DNA from: Macrostomum lignano
Taxonomy: Eukaryota
Assembly: GCA_002269645.1 (NCBI GenBank)
Contig: NIVC01000201.1
Location: 248,001-312,000, forward strand
Direction: 5' to 3'
Length of the DNA: 64,000 bases
Within the stretch, counting starts at the first letter, position 1, and each line of letters opens with the position of its first letter. The translations under genes and the position numbers were made by a program. Below are positions 47,457 through 59,079 of the stretch, piece after piece. Below the pieces are notes generated by a model that searched no databases, was not told the DNA's origin, and was given only the letters and a program-made list of their open reading frames with translations.

Positions 47457-48799
47457 TACTGAATAGCATCCACCACAGTTCCACCACATTCAAGTAATAA
47501 AATCCAAAGAGCAAGTGCTGAGCTTTCAGTGGAAAATTATCTTTCAATATTCTAAATAACTGTTTATTCGTGATTTAATATTGTCTTGCTCTAATAACAT
47601 TGGGGTTTGATCTGATTTTTTGTTAATCCTAAAATAAACATTTCAAAATAGCTTAATTTGCTGCCTTTTTGAAATTTGCTAAATAGTGTGGTTTCTGAAC
47701 TTTCTCTTTTGAATTAGTGTAGAGGCGCAGTCATTGGCGGAAACTAATATAAAACAAATTAAATTTTACTACATGCACTTACAGTAAAACACTGCAACCT
47801 GGAACTGCAATATTGATGACGCACACGAACCTGTACATTTAAAGTAATTTAACTAACTAAAATACCAGAATGGCTGACAATAAATATACAGTAAACTTTT
47901 CTGCTTAAACTTCAAACAAAGCAACTTTTTAAAATTATGCAGTGTTCCGAAAATAAGGGACGTAATAAGAGAGCAGTCCCCATTGATTAATCCTTTTCTC
48001 TGCGTATTCAGACAAAAAAACAAGAAAAACTTTCCTACAAAAAATTATCGTGGGACTTAATTGCATCATTCGACTTGATTAAAAGAAACACTGCTTCGAA
48101 CTTTGCTGAACTGCTTCGTTATTTTAGGAGTTTACTGAATTCTACTCATTAAGTGCAATAAAAACAATACAAAACAATGTTGCAAAACAATTCAACAAAG
48201 TATTGGATCAAAATTTTAATCATTAATCATTTTAAGTTTCCAAGTGACTATAACCCAGCCATTGAGCCATAATCGGACTACTACTACTACTACTACTACA
48301 CGAAACAGTTATGACATTAGTGTCATAGTGTCATTAGACATCAATTTGTTAGGCAAGTCAGTACCAGTCTCTATTAAAGTGAATAATATGGTTACGCAAT
48401 ATAAATAAAGTATTGTGCTATGCTTCCACACTGAACGCTGTTAATTTATTTACTCTGTATTTACAATTGCAAAAAGTCATAAAAGAATAAGAAACGAGAT
48501 ATTTTTGCAAAAGGCCTCGCCAACAAGATAGTACCATTGCACTAATTCTGTTACGAATTTTTCATTGGTCAATCTTACCACTTGTTGGCTTGATTTAGTC
48601 TGCACAGCTGGACAGAGGCATTTAAGAACATAAGCATGTAAGAACAGTTTGCAACCCTCCTCTTTTTGCAACCAGGCTTGGGACTGGCTTCGGCAGAGTT
48701 AAAGCCATCACAAGAGACTATCTGGGGTCTTGCTGATGGGTCCGCAAATACAGCAGCCTCTCTGCCTCAATGTTTCGCTTGCATAGTATTTATGGGGTT

Positions 48800-51700
48800 C
48801 AATTTTTTTTGTCATTACTCATCCGCAACTCCGGGTGCCAGCCGTCTTCGCCATTCGGGAACAGCAGCACGTACTCCAGCGGGTCATATGAGCGGTGCGT
48901 CTCACTGATTCGCTGGAAACCGCCTCCACGCAGTTGAATAACGACGTCCCGACTGGCCGGTGTGTTCTCATTGTCCTCCACAATCAGGATCCCGACCTCG
49001 TTTGCCGTAGGCAAGTTGTAGCGCCTGATTTTGAACGGAGTTTGTGGGATACAAAGTCTGTACAAATTGGATAGTTGGATAATTTATTACGCAAAATATG
49101 CTATTAAAATGTCTTGCAGACATACCGAATGTGTTCCCCAGATGGTCGACGGTCAGGGTGAATCACGATTCGCGCGTCTCCTAACTCCGGATCTTGACTG
49201 ATTCGATGAGCGACTGCCCTCAGGCTGCGGACATAGCCGTTGCACTCGTGAAGCAGCGTCTGCAGCAGCTCCAGTAGCTCCGGCTTCACCTTCTGGCTGA
49301 GACTCTGGCGGCTTTCAAGTTCGCGATCATTGAAATACACCTGCCAGCCATGGGGCTCAGCTGAATCTTCTGCAAACAGCGGCGCCGTGTTGTGATGCAA
49401 CTGGCCGCTGATGATGAAGCTGGGACACCAGCCTGGCACCAACTGCAGTTTGGCACCCAGCGATGTCAGGTGCAGCGCCGAGTTGTAACTTCTAATGTTG
49501 GTCAGGAACTCGGCACTCATTCTGTGTCTCCCCAGGTACAGATCTGCCAGCACTTGAGGCACGGTGCGGCTGGGTAGCTTTACCTTGCCTTTGGCGCAGC
49601 AGAAATTCCTCGTCTCAGACCTCGGCACGCATAGCACGACGGTCTTCTGCGTGTTGACCACCAGGCCGACGCTCGCCGAAACGGCAACCAGCCTATCCAG
49701 CTGTCGTTGGGCGCCCTCGACGGTCGAGGACAGCAGGGCGAGGTCATCGGCGTAGCCAAGCACGCTGAGCCGTCTCTCCGTTTGGCGTCGACCCACGCGT
49801 CGCCGCAGCAGGAAGCCGTCGTCGTCGGAAGGCAGAGCAGTCCGTAGCACCCAGTCAAGCACCAGAATAAATAGGAACGGCGCTAGCGTATCTCCCTGGA
49901 GCACCCCGGAGGATGTCTCGAAGAAATCCGATAGGCCGTCCGGTGTTGAGACAGCAGCCGTCGTGCCGTGGTACAGCGCCATGACAGCAGAAATCAGCAG
50001 CTCTGGCACGTTGTACGCACGGAGCACCTCTGGGAGCGCGTCCATCACGACCGAGTGGAAGGCCTTCCTGAAATCGACGAAGATCAGGATCAGGGTCAAC
50101 TGGCGGATGCGCGCCTCCTCGATGACTCGCCGAAGAGCCAGGATCTGCGTCACTGTGCCGCGATGGGGCCAGAAACCGTTCTGCTCAGGCCGCAGGTACG
50201 GGTCCAGCACAGGCTGTAACCGCAATAGCAGCATGCGGTTGAACAGCTTCGCGGCGCAGGACTGTAGGCAGATGCCTCGATGCTCCTCGAGCTTGGTGGT
50301 GCCCGGCTTCTTTGGCTTCTTTGAGTGAGCTTCCAAGATGTCAGCAGTTCGTCTACCTCGGCGGTCTGGTTCCCGACGTCCGCGAGGATCTGCGGCGTCG
50401 CCGAGGACTTGCCTGGGCTGCCTTTCGTTCTATAAGGTCAGTTTTGCAGTCCGAGGCCCTACCGGACCGCCAGAGGGCGGCGCTGTTCCAGGCGGTGATC
50501 GAGACCGTCCTGTTATACAACGCCGAGACCTGGACGCTGACAGACTCGCTCGAGGCTCAAGTCTACGCGGCACACGCTGGCCTGCTGCGCGCCGCCTTCA
50601 AGATCGGCAACGAGCGAGTCACCAACACGGCGCTCTATCATCGCGCCGGCCTGGCCCGTCCTAGCGATCTGCTGCGCCGTCGGCGACTCCAGCTGGCAGA
50701 CCACGTCATCCGCGCCGAGGCCTACTGTCCGGAGCCGGTGCAGGAGGTGCTGCTACTTACGTTGCAGGCACCCTACCGGCGGGGACAGGCGAGGACTCGG
50801 CGCATCGTCAACTGTCTGCTGGCTGACGCCAGCGCCCCGGACTCTGCCGGCGGTGCGGCCTTTGTTCGCGCCCAAGCTTCGAAGCGCGCCATCTGACGCT
50901 GCTTTTGCGAACTGGCAGCGTACTCTGTTGTTGTTGTTGTTCGTCTCAGAGCACCAAAGTAATGCACCGCATTGGTCGCATGCTCTGTCCATTGGGCCAC
51001 AGTTATGGGCTGGCGCTTCAGGCCTGATAATCCGTTCTGGCCTGTGATTGGAAGGATTAGGATTAGGAAGGATTAATGGCAAACAGTTTTCCCAGTTAAT
51101 CTTTCAGTTTACAAAAAAATTATTGGAATAAAACAACTTGAGTTCGATGACAAAGAAACTATGATGACCAGTCACATCAGTGACCTACCTCTCTTGAGCA
51201 GGTCTTGCGCCAAAATGACCTGCACTCTGCTGAGTTAATCTTGGCTCCTCTGCATCAACAATGGGCTCAGAAACTGGAATCGGATTAGCAATTCGCAATG
51301 ACTCATAATGCTCATGACGCAAAAGAATTCGGACGATTGCAGTCGGTGGCTGCAAAGGGGACATACAGTACTGCAATACACTGCCATTTTCTTGATAAAT
51401 CAACAGATCAACATTAAAACAACGGCTTAAAAGCGGAACAACTTCATCAGGCACATATGTGCCTTCAGAAAAAGAGGAATCAACAATGAAATCAGCATTT
51501 TCTGGCAAAACAAAGCCTGTTCAATCAATTCTGGCATAATCTGCACTACAGGCTCGTCAGCTCGTGTCTTAAAGATGCCGCATCGGTCTCAAGTGGAGTG
51601 CCCTGCAACTGATCACAGACTGCATGAAAAAAACAGTTCCCATCACCAGGAATTCGGATTATGCGCAACGCATCGAAAGGTACCACAGACGGTGTGGCCA

Positions 51701-52280
51701 ACTCACTACTATCAAACCTGGAATATAGGAAATAAATTATACACAACTTCATTTGCCGGTTCTTAAAGTAGTGACGAATAAATTTTATGCTATTCTATAC
51801 TGATCTCATAAATAAAATTCTTGGAAAGCAATCGACCTTAAAAGATGAGGAAAAATGCATGAAACAGATTCCAGTTTTTAATTATATGACCAAGTACCAA
51901 TAAAACATCAGCTAAGACAGAAAATGCGCCGAATTAAGCACAATGGGCACTTGGATTTTATATAGCTATAAAATATATAGCTCCAATTACAATAAAATGT
52001 CACCCTACCTGCCAGCCGACACTCCTCGACGGCGAATTTGCTCGGCTTCCACTCGAGCTCTTCGTTGATCTTCGGTTTCTGAAGCGCGTCGCTTCTCCGC
52101 ACGAGTTCTGTCTGCAGATCTACGCTCTTCTCGCTGAGCGTCTGTTTCCGTTGCCCTTCGCTCAGCCTGCTGCTGCCGCAGTCCAGCCAGCCGCTCTTCT
52201 CGCTGAATGGCACTCTCTTGCTGACGCTTCTTCTTTGCATCTCTGCTCTTCTTCAATGCGCTGGTGCCACGTCGAGCCAT
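48800..52280 (-). mobile_element. Helitron RepHel 5' portion with an OTU-like protease domain, truncated before the HUH and helicase motifs
   Basis: N-terminal E/R-rich repeats (52005-52280), OTU motifs IPGDGNCFFHAV (51546-51752) and LLRHEHYESL (51185-51508), Zn module GPMDRACDQCGALLW-SET-RNFCCAKGKV, FLTNIRSYNS, RRYNLPTANEV and ISETHRSYDPLEYVLLFPNGEDGWH. Confidence 0.88.
49620..50940. mobile_element. RTE-like non-LTR retrotransposon, 5'-truncated and 5'-inverted, 1321 bp
   Basis: 10-bp TSD TCGTCTCAGA (49610-19, 50941-50) and a (TTG)n tail at 50926-40. The RT core (HRGICL, FVDFRKAF, GVLQGDTLAP, YADD) is on the minus strand at 49620-50315. The RT C-terminus (FVYLGG...LLYNAETW) is on the plus strand at 50323-50896. 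Confidence 0.93.
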
Positions 52281-53269
52281 ATTGGAATTCGAATTGAAAA
52301 ATAATAATTTTGAGTGATAATGAAAAGAAAGAATAGTATAGGGGTTATGTGCGAGAAAAGAGAAAGGTATGAAGTCTATAATGTCACGCGTTTTAAACTC
52401 GGCAACCACCCAATCCCAAAAAGCTGGACACCATTTGTACAGTCAGACTGTCAGTGTGTACAGCAAGCCTAAATTCTCTCCAATACCCGCCTGCTAATTG
52501 GTCAGGACTTTTTTATTATTCAATACTCTCTCTCAAACACCTAACTCTAACTCTCCTATGTGAAAGGATTCAGATAAATTTTCTGAAAGAGGCGCAAACC
52601 TCAGTAGCCAATGTACATCTCTGTGGCACTTTTGGACTTTTTTTATAATCAGACGTTTTTATTACATTTTGGAGGGTCAGTCTCAACACGGTTCGTATTT
52701 TGTAAAATACGACGGTCGAACTAAAACGTACTTTAGCCTATAGATTTAGGGTCTTGAATATCACATGAATTTTAAAACGCATCTCAGAAAAGGCAACTCA
52801 GTTTTTTAGCTTTAACTTGCGAATGTAAATCGATTAGATACTGTATATATGTACATGCATTTCACTCTCTCACTCTCCCTCTCTCCAGCATTTAAAGTTG
52901 TTTGTCAAGTGTGCACGGGGACATTTTATAATGTACAATCTTTTCTCTCGCAGTGTACATTTATAGTTATCTAGCCTGGCGACAAAAAATACTATTTTAC
53001 TGGGCGCTGCAAAGTTCAATTCCAATAAGAATGACTCACAGTAGAAAGTTCTGCTTGACCTTTGCAGAAAGGCATATTTTATTCGAATATTCGCGCTTCT
53101 TCTATGCTTTACAGGAACTACTTTTCATGCTTAAAATGACGCTTCTTTTATGATTATTATGACACTTGTGGTTCTGAAGTAAGCCTCGACGCTAGCATTT
53201 TTTAGGTTTGTCATGACGCTTCTTTTATGTTTAACAAAACTTACACTACAAGCTAAGCACGAAGCATTT

Positions 53270-53736
53270 ATGACATAATCAATTTTTCAATCGGTCGGTA
53301 TATCACTTCTAATTAAAGTTAACAATATGGTTACGCAGTCTAAATCAAGTCTCGTATTGTGCTTCTACACCGTGTCTTCAACACTGTGACGCAATTCAAG
53401 TCGGAGGTACAATTCAGCTGTGATGCAATCTTTATCACAATCGGAATTCAGTCAGTCAGTTTTTTCTCTAGCATTCTTACAATGCATTTTTTTCAAGTAA
53501 AAAATTTGGCTTGACCTTTGCAAAGAAGCATGTTTTTCGAATATTTAATCCCTTTAACATTGAGCAATTTCTTAGCCAAGATGCATGTACCGTCCCAGGA
53601 AAATTTCTGATCGAATGGTGCAAGTTTGAAGAAAATCGGTTGAGCCAATTTTTCTGAAATCTATTGCATGTATACCTACCGACAGACAGACATTTTTAGT
53701 ATATACGACTAGCAATCTTCGCCCCCCGATGGGGGA
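53270..53736 (-). mobile_element. Small non-autonomous Helitron (DINE-1/Lep1-like) with an abutting 3' terminus
   Basis: The minus strand reads hairpin CCCCC-ATCG-GGGGG, 8 nt, CTAG|TC-GTATATACTAAAA, then a TGTC microsatellite and the AACCGATTTT core shared with other copies. Confidence 0.8.
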
Positions 53737-53834
53737 CATCTGGATAGAATCTCTGTTCTCTACAAGTAACAAAAAGACAGCCAAATAAAGACTTCACAAA
53801 GACGACAGACAAACTGCTCAAATAAAGTGTAATG

Positions 53835-54125
53835 CAAAAAGAAATCATCCCAAGACAGCAAGCATCCCCCAGATAGCAAGCATCCCCCAGATTGCAAGCA
53901 TCCCCCAGATAGCAAGCATCCCTCAGATTGCAAGCATCCCTCAGATAGCAAGCATCCCCCAGATAGCAAGCATCCCCCAGATTGCAAGCATCCCTCAGAT
54001 AGCAAGCATCCCCCAGATAGGAAGCATCCCCCCCTCCCGGATAGCAAGCATCCCCAGATAGGAAGCATCCCCCCTCCCGGATAGCAAGCATCCCCCAGAT
54101 AGCAAGCACCCCCAAATAGTAAGCA
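53835..54125. repeat. 18-bp minisatellite (AGATAGCAAGCATCCCCC)
   Basis: Unit read directly. Confidence 0.95.
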
Positions 54126-54229
54126 TCCACAATACAATAAGTAGCTAGTGCTACAATTTCCTTAGCTCCATAGTGGCTCCTTTAAAATTAGCATGACGCT
54201 TACTTTTACGTTTGAAATTGTGTAAATTT

Positions 54230-54905
54230 TATTTTTGACATGGTGGCTCTTTCATGTTTGACATGATGGCTCTTTTATGTTCTACATGGTGGCTCTTTAT
54301 TGTTTGACCTGGTGGCACCTTAATGTAATGATGGCTCTTTAATGTTTGAAATGGTGGCTCTTTAATGTTGGACATGGTGGCTCTATAATGTTAGACATGG
54401 TGGCTCTGATGTTCGACATGGTGGCTCTTTAATGTTAGACATGGTGGCTCTTTAATATTTGACATGGTGGCTCTTTAATGTTAGACATGGTGGCTCTTTT
54501 ATCTTTGACATGGTGGCTCTTTAATGTTCAACATGGAGTCATGTATATGTTTGACATGGTGGCTCTTTAATGTTTGACATGGTGGCTCTTTTATGTTTGA
54601 CATGGTGGCTCTTTTATGTTTGACATGATGACTCTTTTATGTTTGACATGGAGTCACATATATGTTTGACATGGTGGCTCTTTTATGTTTGACATGGTGG
54701 CTCTTTAATGTTCTTCATGGTAGCTCTTTTATGTTTGACATGGAGTCACGAATATACTTGACATGGTGACTCGTTATTGTTCGACATGGTGGCTCTTTAA
54801 TGTTAGACATGGTGGCTCTTTAATGTTAGACATGATGTAATCCTCTTTAATGTTTGACATTGCGGCTCTTTAATGTTCGACATAATGGCTCTTTAATGTT
54901 TGACA
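54230..54905. repeat. ~23-bp minisatellite (TTTGACATGGTGGCTCTTTAATG)
   Basis: Unit read directly, ~28 copies. Confidence 0.95.
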
Positions 54906-54966
54906 TTGTGCATTTTTGTGTTTAGCATTTTCTGTTTTTAAGGTTTTTGAATAAAAAAATCTTTTT

Positions 54967-55031
54967 GCACTACTAAGATTCGAACCCAGGTCGCTGCATT
55001 AGCAGTCCAGTCTGTTCGCATCTATGCTATC
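54967..55031 (-). pseudogene. tRNA-derived fragment (Ser-GCT-like anticodon arm plus B box), SINE-head-like
   Basis: The minus strand reads TGGACTGCTAAT...GGGTTCGAATC; there is no complete acceptor stem. Confidence 0.5.
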
Positions 55032-55099
55032 TCTTGTCAATTGGAGAACTTGAATTGTGGCCCTTATAATTAAATTCTTATAGCAAATCGGTTAGAGTA

Positions 55100-55528
55100 A
55101 AAAGTTATGACATAATCAATTTCTCAGTCAGCCAGTATTAGTCTTAATTTAAGTTAGCAATATTGGTTACGCAATTTCAATCAAGTTTTGTGTGCATTTC
55201 TTTGGCACTGTTTTCTACTTGTTGTGATGTAATCCTTATCACAATTGGAATTTAGTCAGTCAGTTTTTTCTCTAGTATTCTTCCAATGCATTTCAGGTCG
55301 AAAGAGCTGCTTGACCTTTGCAAAAAAGCATGTTTTTCGAATATTTAATCCTTTTAACGTTGAGCAATTTCTTAGCCAAGATGCATGTACCGTCGCAGGA
55401 AAATTTCTGATCGAATGGTGCAAGTTTTAAGAAAATCGGTTGAGCCATTTTTTCTGAAATCTATCGCATACCGACAGACAACTCATTTTTAGTATATTGG
55501 ACTAGCCATAAGCCCCCCGCTGGGGGGC
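55100..55528 (-). mobile_element. Small non-autonomous Helitron copy with an abutting 3' terminus
   Basis: 7-bp-stem hairpin GCCCCCC-GCT-GGGGGGC (55512-28), 6 nt, CTAG|TC-CAATATACTAAAA; the body aligns with 53270-53706. Confidence 0.8.
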
Positions 55529-56235
55529 CCTAAAAATGACTCAGAAGCAGACAATCAATCGCATGGCTTATACAGTTTATTCTTGCGTCGCAGTAGCTAG
55601 AACTGTTTGAGATAAATTTTCAGGTTAGCCGCTCATAACAGAAAATTCCAGTTGTCTGCTTCCTTTTGCCTTGACTTCTGTTCATCAGGGTTTTTTGATA
55701 ACCGAGAGGGAGGCCCTTCCCTGTTGCAGCAGCAAGCAATCCAATTATTCGAAAGTGCAATATTATATATTAAGCAAATATTATCGCGAAAAGTGTACGA
55801 TTATATGTTATAACTTTTATGCTGAATATGACAGCGCTTATTAATTACATTCAATTCATTCATCTATCATTTGTACAGTACATGCATTTCTAAATTTGTC
55901 ACAGTTCAATCTTAATCACGCCATTGGAGGATATAATTTTGATCCAGTTTTTAATCGTAATCAACCTCGGGAATATTTTAGGCATCTAAAACTTTTACTA
56001 ACACTTTTTACTTACTTGTTGGATATATTAACATGCACTGCCATAAAGTTTACATCGAATTTTTTAGTGTCCGAGGGAAAAGCACTTTTAATATACAGAA
56101 TGCTTGCTGCCTAGTTATCAAGGCAGTCACCAACATACTCGTACGAAAATAGAATACCATAAAATGGCGCAGTCGATAAAGAAAAACACTACTAAAAATC
56201 GTGTTAATATAACTGGGCCAATGTTTGTACATCTA

Positions 56236-57400
56236 TCTTCTTCTAAATATACTAAATCTCTAATATTTGTTTGTTTGTATGCTTGTCCATAACGCTCTAG
56301 AGATTGCAATTCTTCACCGATTTTGATCGCGTTTTCGCCAAAAGATTCAAAATTGTCTGGAAAGAAGACAGTTAAAATTTCTTGTATCTGCTTCAATGCT
56401 AAAGGGATTAAATATTCGAAAAACTGTTTTAAATGGGCGAATTCAATGCAAAATTTTATCAGCGAGAAATTTCACAGCCAATTTTAATTGATTGCGCCAG
56501 AGCCAACTGATAAGAAAACTCACTCCGCTCCACTTAAAGGGGGGCAATAAAAAAATTATTCTGGCTGCTGGCAGCCAGCTCTAATTATCTAGTCTTCTAA
56601 ATATACTAAATCTCTAAGGTTTGTATGCTTGAATGTCCATAACGCTCTAGTAATCTAAATATACTAAATCTCTAAGGTTTGTATGCTTGAATGAATGAAT
56701 GTCCATAACGCTCTAGTCTTCTAATCTTCTTCTAAATATACTAAATCTCTAAGGTTTGTATGCTTGAATGTCCATAACGCTCTAGAGATTGCAATTCTCG
56801 ACCGATTTTGATCGCGTTTTCGCCAAAAGATTTGTAATCAGCCTGGGATTGTATGGTTAAAATTTCTTTAATCTGCTTCAATGCTAAAGGGATTAAATAT
56901 TCGAAAACATGCTTTTTTGCAAAGGTCAAGCAGCTCTTTCGACTTGAAATGCATTGTAAGAATGCTAGATAAAAAACTGACTGGCTGAATTCTGATCCTG
57001 ATAAAGATTGCATCACAACAAGTTTAAAACACTGTGCCAAGTTGAAAGACAGAAATTGCGTAACCATATTGCTAACTTTAATTGAGACTGATGCTGACTG
57101 CCTGAGTATTTGATTATGTCATAGCTGCTTCGTCTGAATTTCACTCGAACGGCCTTGGCGTTAGTATTCGTGTAACGTTCTAGAGATTGAACCAATTGAC
57201 CAATTTTAATCGCTTTTTCGCCAAAAGATGCAAAATTGTCTGGAAAGAAGACAGTTAAAATTTCTTTAATCGGCTTAAATGCTAAAGGTATTAAATATTC
57301 GAAAAACGAGTTTTCCCAATGCTTTTAATGGGAGGGCAAACTAGGTTGAATTCTTGACTGGCTGAATTCCAATTCCAATTATGATTGCGCCATAACTTTT
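56236..57400 (+). mobile_element. Head-to-tail array of a small Helitron
   Basis: Copy 1 (56236-56592) starts A|TC and ends with hairpin CTGGCTGC-TG-GCAGCCAG, 10 nt, CTAG. Short units follow at 56593-56650 and 56651-56716, then a longer copy from ~56725 to 57130 and a partial copy at ~57170-57400. Confidence 0.85.
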
Positions 57401-57939
57401 CTCTCTCCACTGTGTATGCTTCAATACTGGTTGCAGTGTGCAAGGAGAAAAAATGCTCAGTGGCTGCGTGTGTACATTCTGACCCTGGCTCTGACTGGCG
57501 GACTCCATAGAAAATTGCTATTTATAGATTTCACTCAGTCAACTGTGCATTGGCTCCGCCTGCACGCCTACACACTGAGCAGCCTATCACTGCTATGTAT
57601 TTAACTGCAGTTCTGAAGCATATATGGCTGATTTTGTTGTCCTCCCATCAATAGGCGAAGTAGCCGCACTGTAGGCACTAGGACTAGGTTTAGGCTAGGC
57701 GTAAGGTCCAAGGTTCGAGTCTGCCTCCCCGGCGGATAATCAAATTAAAATAATTCAATAATTTATAGCTTGTGCCTCGACTAATTGGAACATTTTTTGA
57801 TTAATTTCAATTGAAACATTTTTCATTAATTTGCAATTCAATTTTTGCTACTCGGCACAAGCAACTAATCAAATTTGATTTGTTAAAACTGCTTCGAGTA
57901 TAACTGATCCCATCAATGGGTATTGTCCATCTCCATAAA

Positions 57940-58420
57940 AGTACGAAATTACTAAACTGCAGACAATGCTGCTAAATTGCTTAAAGGTATTGCTAAATGC
58001 AGAGCTTTCCGAGACTGCCGATATGTATCGAAAATTGATTAGTGAGCCGTACAATTCTGAGCAAATTGCAGCTTTCTGAGGGGACTGAGGTGCCGGCTGA
58101 AAGAAGAACTGCAGGCTGCTGAGAGGATGAATGAAAATTGTTAATTGAACACTTGTAGACTGCAAATGGAATGACTGCAGACTGCTGAGGGAAACTGCAG
58201 ACTGTCGAAGGGATCATTGCAGATTCAAAAGGGGAAACAACTGCAAACTGCTGAGGTAGTTCCTCCAGACGTATGAGCGTATAGCTGCAGACTGCTGAGA
58301 GGGAAAACGGCCGACTAATAGGGAGACAATGGCAGACTTCTGAGGGTAATAACTAACTATTGAGCTTTGAGTGGATATTAACTGTGGAATATTAAGTACA
58401 AGTTGTTGAGGGGATTACTG
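57940..58420. repeat. Degenerate GACTGCTGAG-core minisatellite
   Basis: Recurring GCAGACTGCTGAGGG motifs. Confidence 0.65.
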
Positions 58421-58827
58421 CGGGCTGCTAAGTGAAATATTTTTTGCTAAGAGGACAATTCTATGAGCTGAGGGTATACATGCTTAATTTTAGTAAAAGT
58501 TGTAGAATGCATGATAGATGATAGATGCCGGCTGCTAAGAAATAACTGCAGTCTTTTTGCGGGAATAGATGCAGGGATAATTTCAGGTTGTTGTAGGGAT
58601 AAATGCCTATTTCTGGGGGTTAACTTCAAACGGCTGAAGTTGGTAAACTAGATTATTTCGACCACATGTCAATAGGCAAAACAGCCGCAGTAGGCAGGCA
58701 GTATCCGGCAGAAGCTAAGCAGAATGCTTTGATGTCAGCAGTTCGAGCCTGCATTGAAGCAGCGAATTTATCTTTGTGACCTGTGACAATAATGATTGTA
58801 TCCTATGCAGATTTTGCGGAACAGTGC

Positions 58828-58915
58828 CGGTGAACCATTGCTAAACTGCTGGTGAACCATTGCTAAAGTGATGGTAAACCATTACTAAAGTGATGGTAAA
58901 CCATTGCTAAAGTGT
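58828..58915. repeat. 22-bp tandem repeat x4 (GGTAAACCATTGCTAAAGTGAT)
   Basis: Unit read directly. Confidence 0.85.
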
Positions 58916-59079
58916 TTACCTGTTTTTCTTTGTTTTTCTGAGTAATTAATTGAAAAGTAAGATTTTAATAAATGCTACTTTAAACAGAAGAAAACTCAAC
59001 ACAAGAAAAAGCGACAAAAGAATCACCATGTCAACCATAAAGAAGCAGTCTGTCGAGAATAAAATACTCAATGTGAATT

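Noticed and set aside
47340-47460. Hydrophobic poly-Leu/Ala minus-strand ORFs suggesting a signal peptide
   Set aside because: Antisense readings of a CAG repeat.
53696-54137. Cys/Gly-rich ORFs (GDACYL repeats)
   Set aside because: Translations of the 18-bp minisatellite.
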